Source of the DNA: a virus
Taxonomy: Duplodnaviria; Caudoviricetes
IMG/VR virus record: IMGVR_UViG_3300036520_000020
Span: 1-45,564 of that record
Strand: one strand, 5' to 3'
Length of the DNA: 45,564 nt
In this document: positions 44,824 to 45,564 of the stretch, in pieces
How the letters are laid out: each line of letters begins with the position of its first letter
Position numbering within the stretch: position 1 is the first letter of the stretch
Made by a program: the position numbers and the translations under genes
The notes under the pieces: model-generated
Databases searched by the model: none
What the model was told of the DNA's origin: nothing
Seen by the model: the letters and a program-made list of their open reading frames with translations, nothing else

Positions 44824-45564
44824 ATGACCCCTTACACGGTCGTTCGCGTCAACACGTGGAAATGGCGCGTGATGCAGGGCTCGGCTCTGATCCTCGACAA
44901 CATCGACAGCGCGACGCTCGCCAACACGGCAGCGGCAGCCCTCAACAAAGCGCAGGGCGCGGGCGGGGCGGTTGATGTGGCAGCGATCAAACGCGAAGCC
45001 GATGTGGCGGGCTATCAGCGCGGGCTTGCTGAGAACAATGCTCAGGACGCCGCTCGCGAGGCCGCTGCGTACCAGCGGGGCCTGACTGAGAATAACGCTC
45101 AGGATACGGCCCGAGAGGAAGCGGCGCACAAAGCAGGCTATCTGGCGGGATCGCTTGCGCGAGACCCCGCTCCTGCTCCTATCTCTGCGACGGTCAGCAA
45201 CATGGATGAGCTAAAGTTGCAGCTCGGGCTTGCCGTGGCCACAGGCCGAGCTGCAACCATTCATCTTGCCCCCGGCGACTATGGCCGCGTCGATTTCAAT
45301 ATTCAGGCGAAAGGGCCCATTTTCCTCATGTCGAAAGACCCGCATAACATGGCGCGGTTTGAGGCTATTCACCAAGGCGTTTGCAAAAACTTCTATATCT
45401 ATGACGTGCTCACAAAGCACATGGATATTTTGCAGACCGACCGTCCCAATCCTGCAAACCCTTATTACATTGTCACGCGGTCAAAGAACGTGGGGCTTGA
45501 TTACGGCGTGACCACAATCAAGACGACGGGGGATGCTGCGCAGGTTGCGCCGCACGAGCATTAG
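44824..45564 (+). CDS. hypothetical protein with 19-aa tandem repeat and beta-helix-like C-terminal part
   Basis: GGAG RBS before ATG 44824; YQRGL-ENNAQD-ARE-AA twice; VSNMDEL...TIHLAPGDYG cap motif. Confidence 0.7.
   Translation: MTPYTVVRVNTWKWRVMQGSALILDNIDSATLANTAAAALNKAQGAGGAVDVAAIKREADVAGYQRGLAENNAQDAAREAAAYQRGLTENNAQDTAREEAAHKAGYLAGSLARDPAPAPISATVSNMDELKLQLGLAVATGRAATIHLAPGDYGRVDFNIQAKGPIFLMSKDPHNMARFEAIHQGVCKNFYIYDVLTKHMDILQTDRPNPANPYYIVTRSKNVGLDYGVTTIKTTGDAAQVAPHEH

Larger units (their letters stand above)
1593..45564. mobile_element. lambdoid siphovirus-type prophage integrated at tRNA-Pro (right end beyond window)
   Basis: Integrase next to tRNA 3' end, then cI/cro, replication, terminase, HK97 capsid, portal, tail and lysin modules in canonical order; no second copy of the tRNA 3' end seen. 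Confidence 0.95.

Noticed and set aside
39878-45564. Diversity-generating retroelement acting on tail genes
   Set aside because: No reverse transcriptase and no adenine-specific TR/VR pair seen; the 57-bp duplication differs mostly at synonymous sites

Overview
GC-rich alphaproteobacterial (Hyphomicrobiales-like, inferred) chromosomal segment. About 1.6 kb of host DNA (a small gene behind a CtrA-type box, tRNA-Gln(TTG), tRNA-Pro(CGG)) is followed by a nearly complete lambdoid, siphovirus-type prophage that sits at the 3' end of tRNA-Pro and runs to the window edge; no attR is visible. Modules in order: integrase/excisionase; a leftward early operon that includes a TGT/DpdA-like TIM-barrel gene and a frameshifted VUT/YhhQ-like transporter; a small operon behind a LexA box; an accessory cassette downstream of cI (three tandem secreted pilus-secretin N-terminal-domain proteins, a secreted protein, a frameshifted P-loop ATPase); a cI/cro switch with shared operator palindromes; recombination/replication genes (VRR-NUC, Sak4, DUF669 SSB, Cas4-like exonuclease, SF2 helicase, primase-polymerase) followed by an iteron-rich origin candidate; a NusG-type late antiterminator; a lipoprotein moron; HNH-TerS-TerL; an HK97 protease-capsid fusion; portal; a collagen-like protein; neck and tail genes with a -1 frameshift chaperone and GTA-like tip genes; and a GH108 endolysin. 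The two most intriguing signals are the cI-linked triple pilus-secretin N-domain cassette (candidate Tad-pilus-blocking superinfection exclusion) and the DpdA-like gene plus preQ transporter (candidate salvage-type 7-deazaguanine DNA modification). All family calls come from motif recognition by eye, not database searches.
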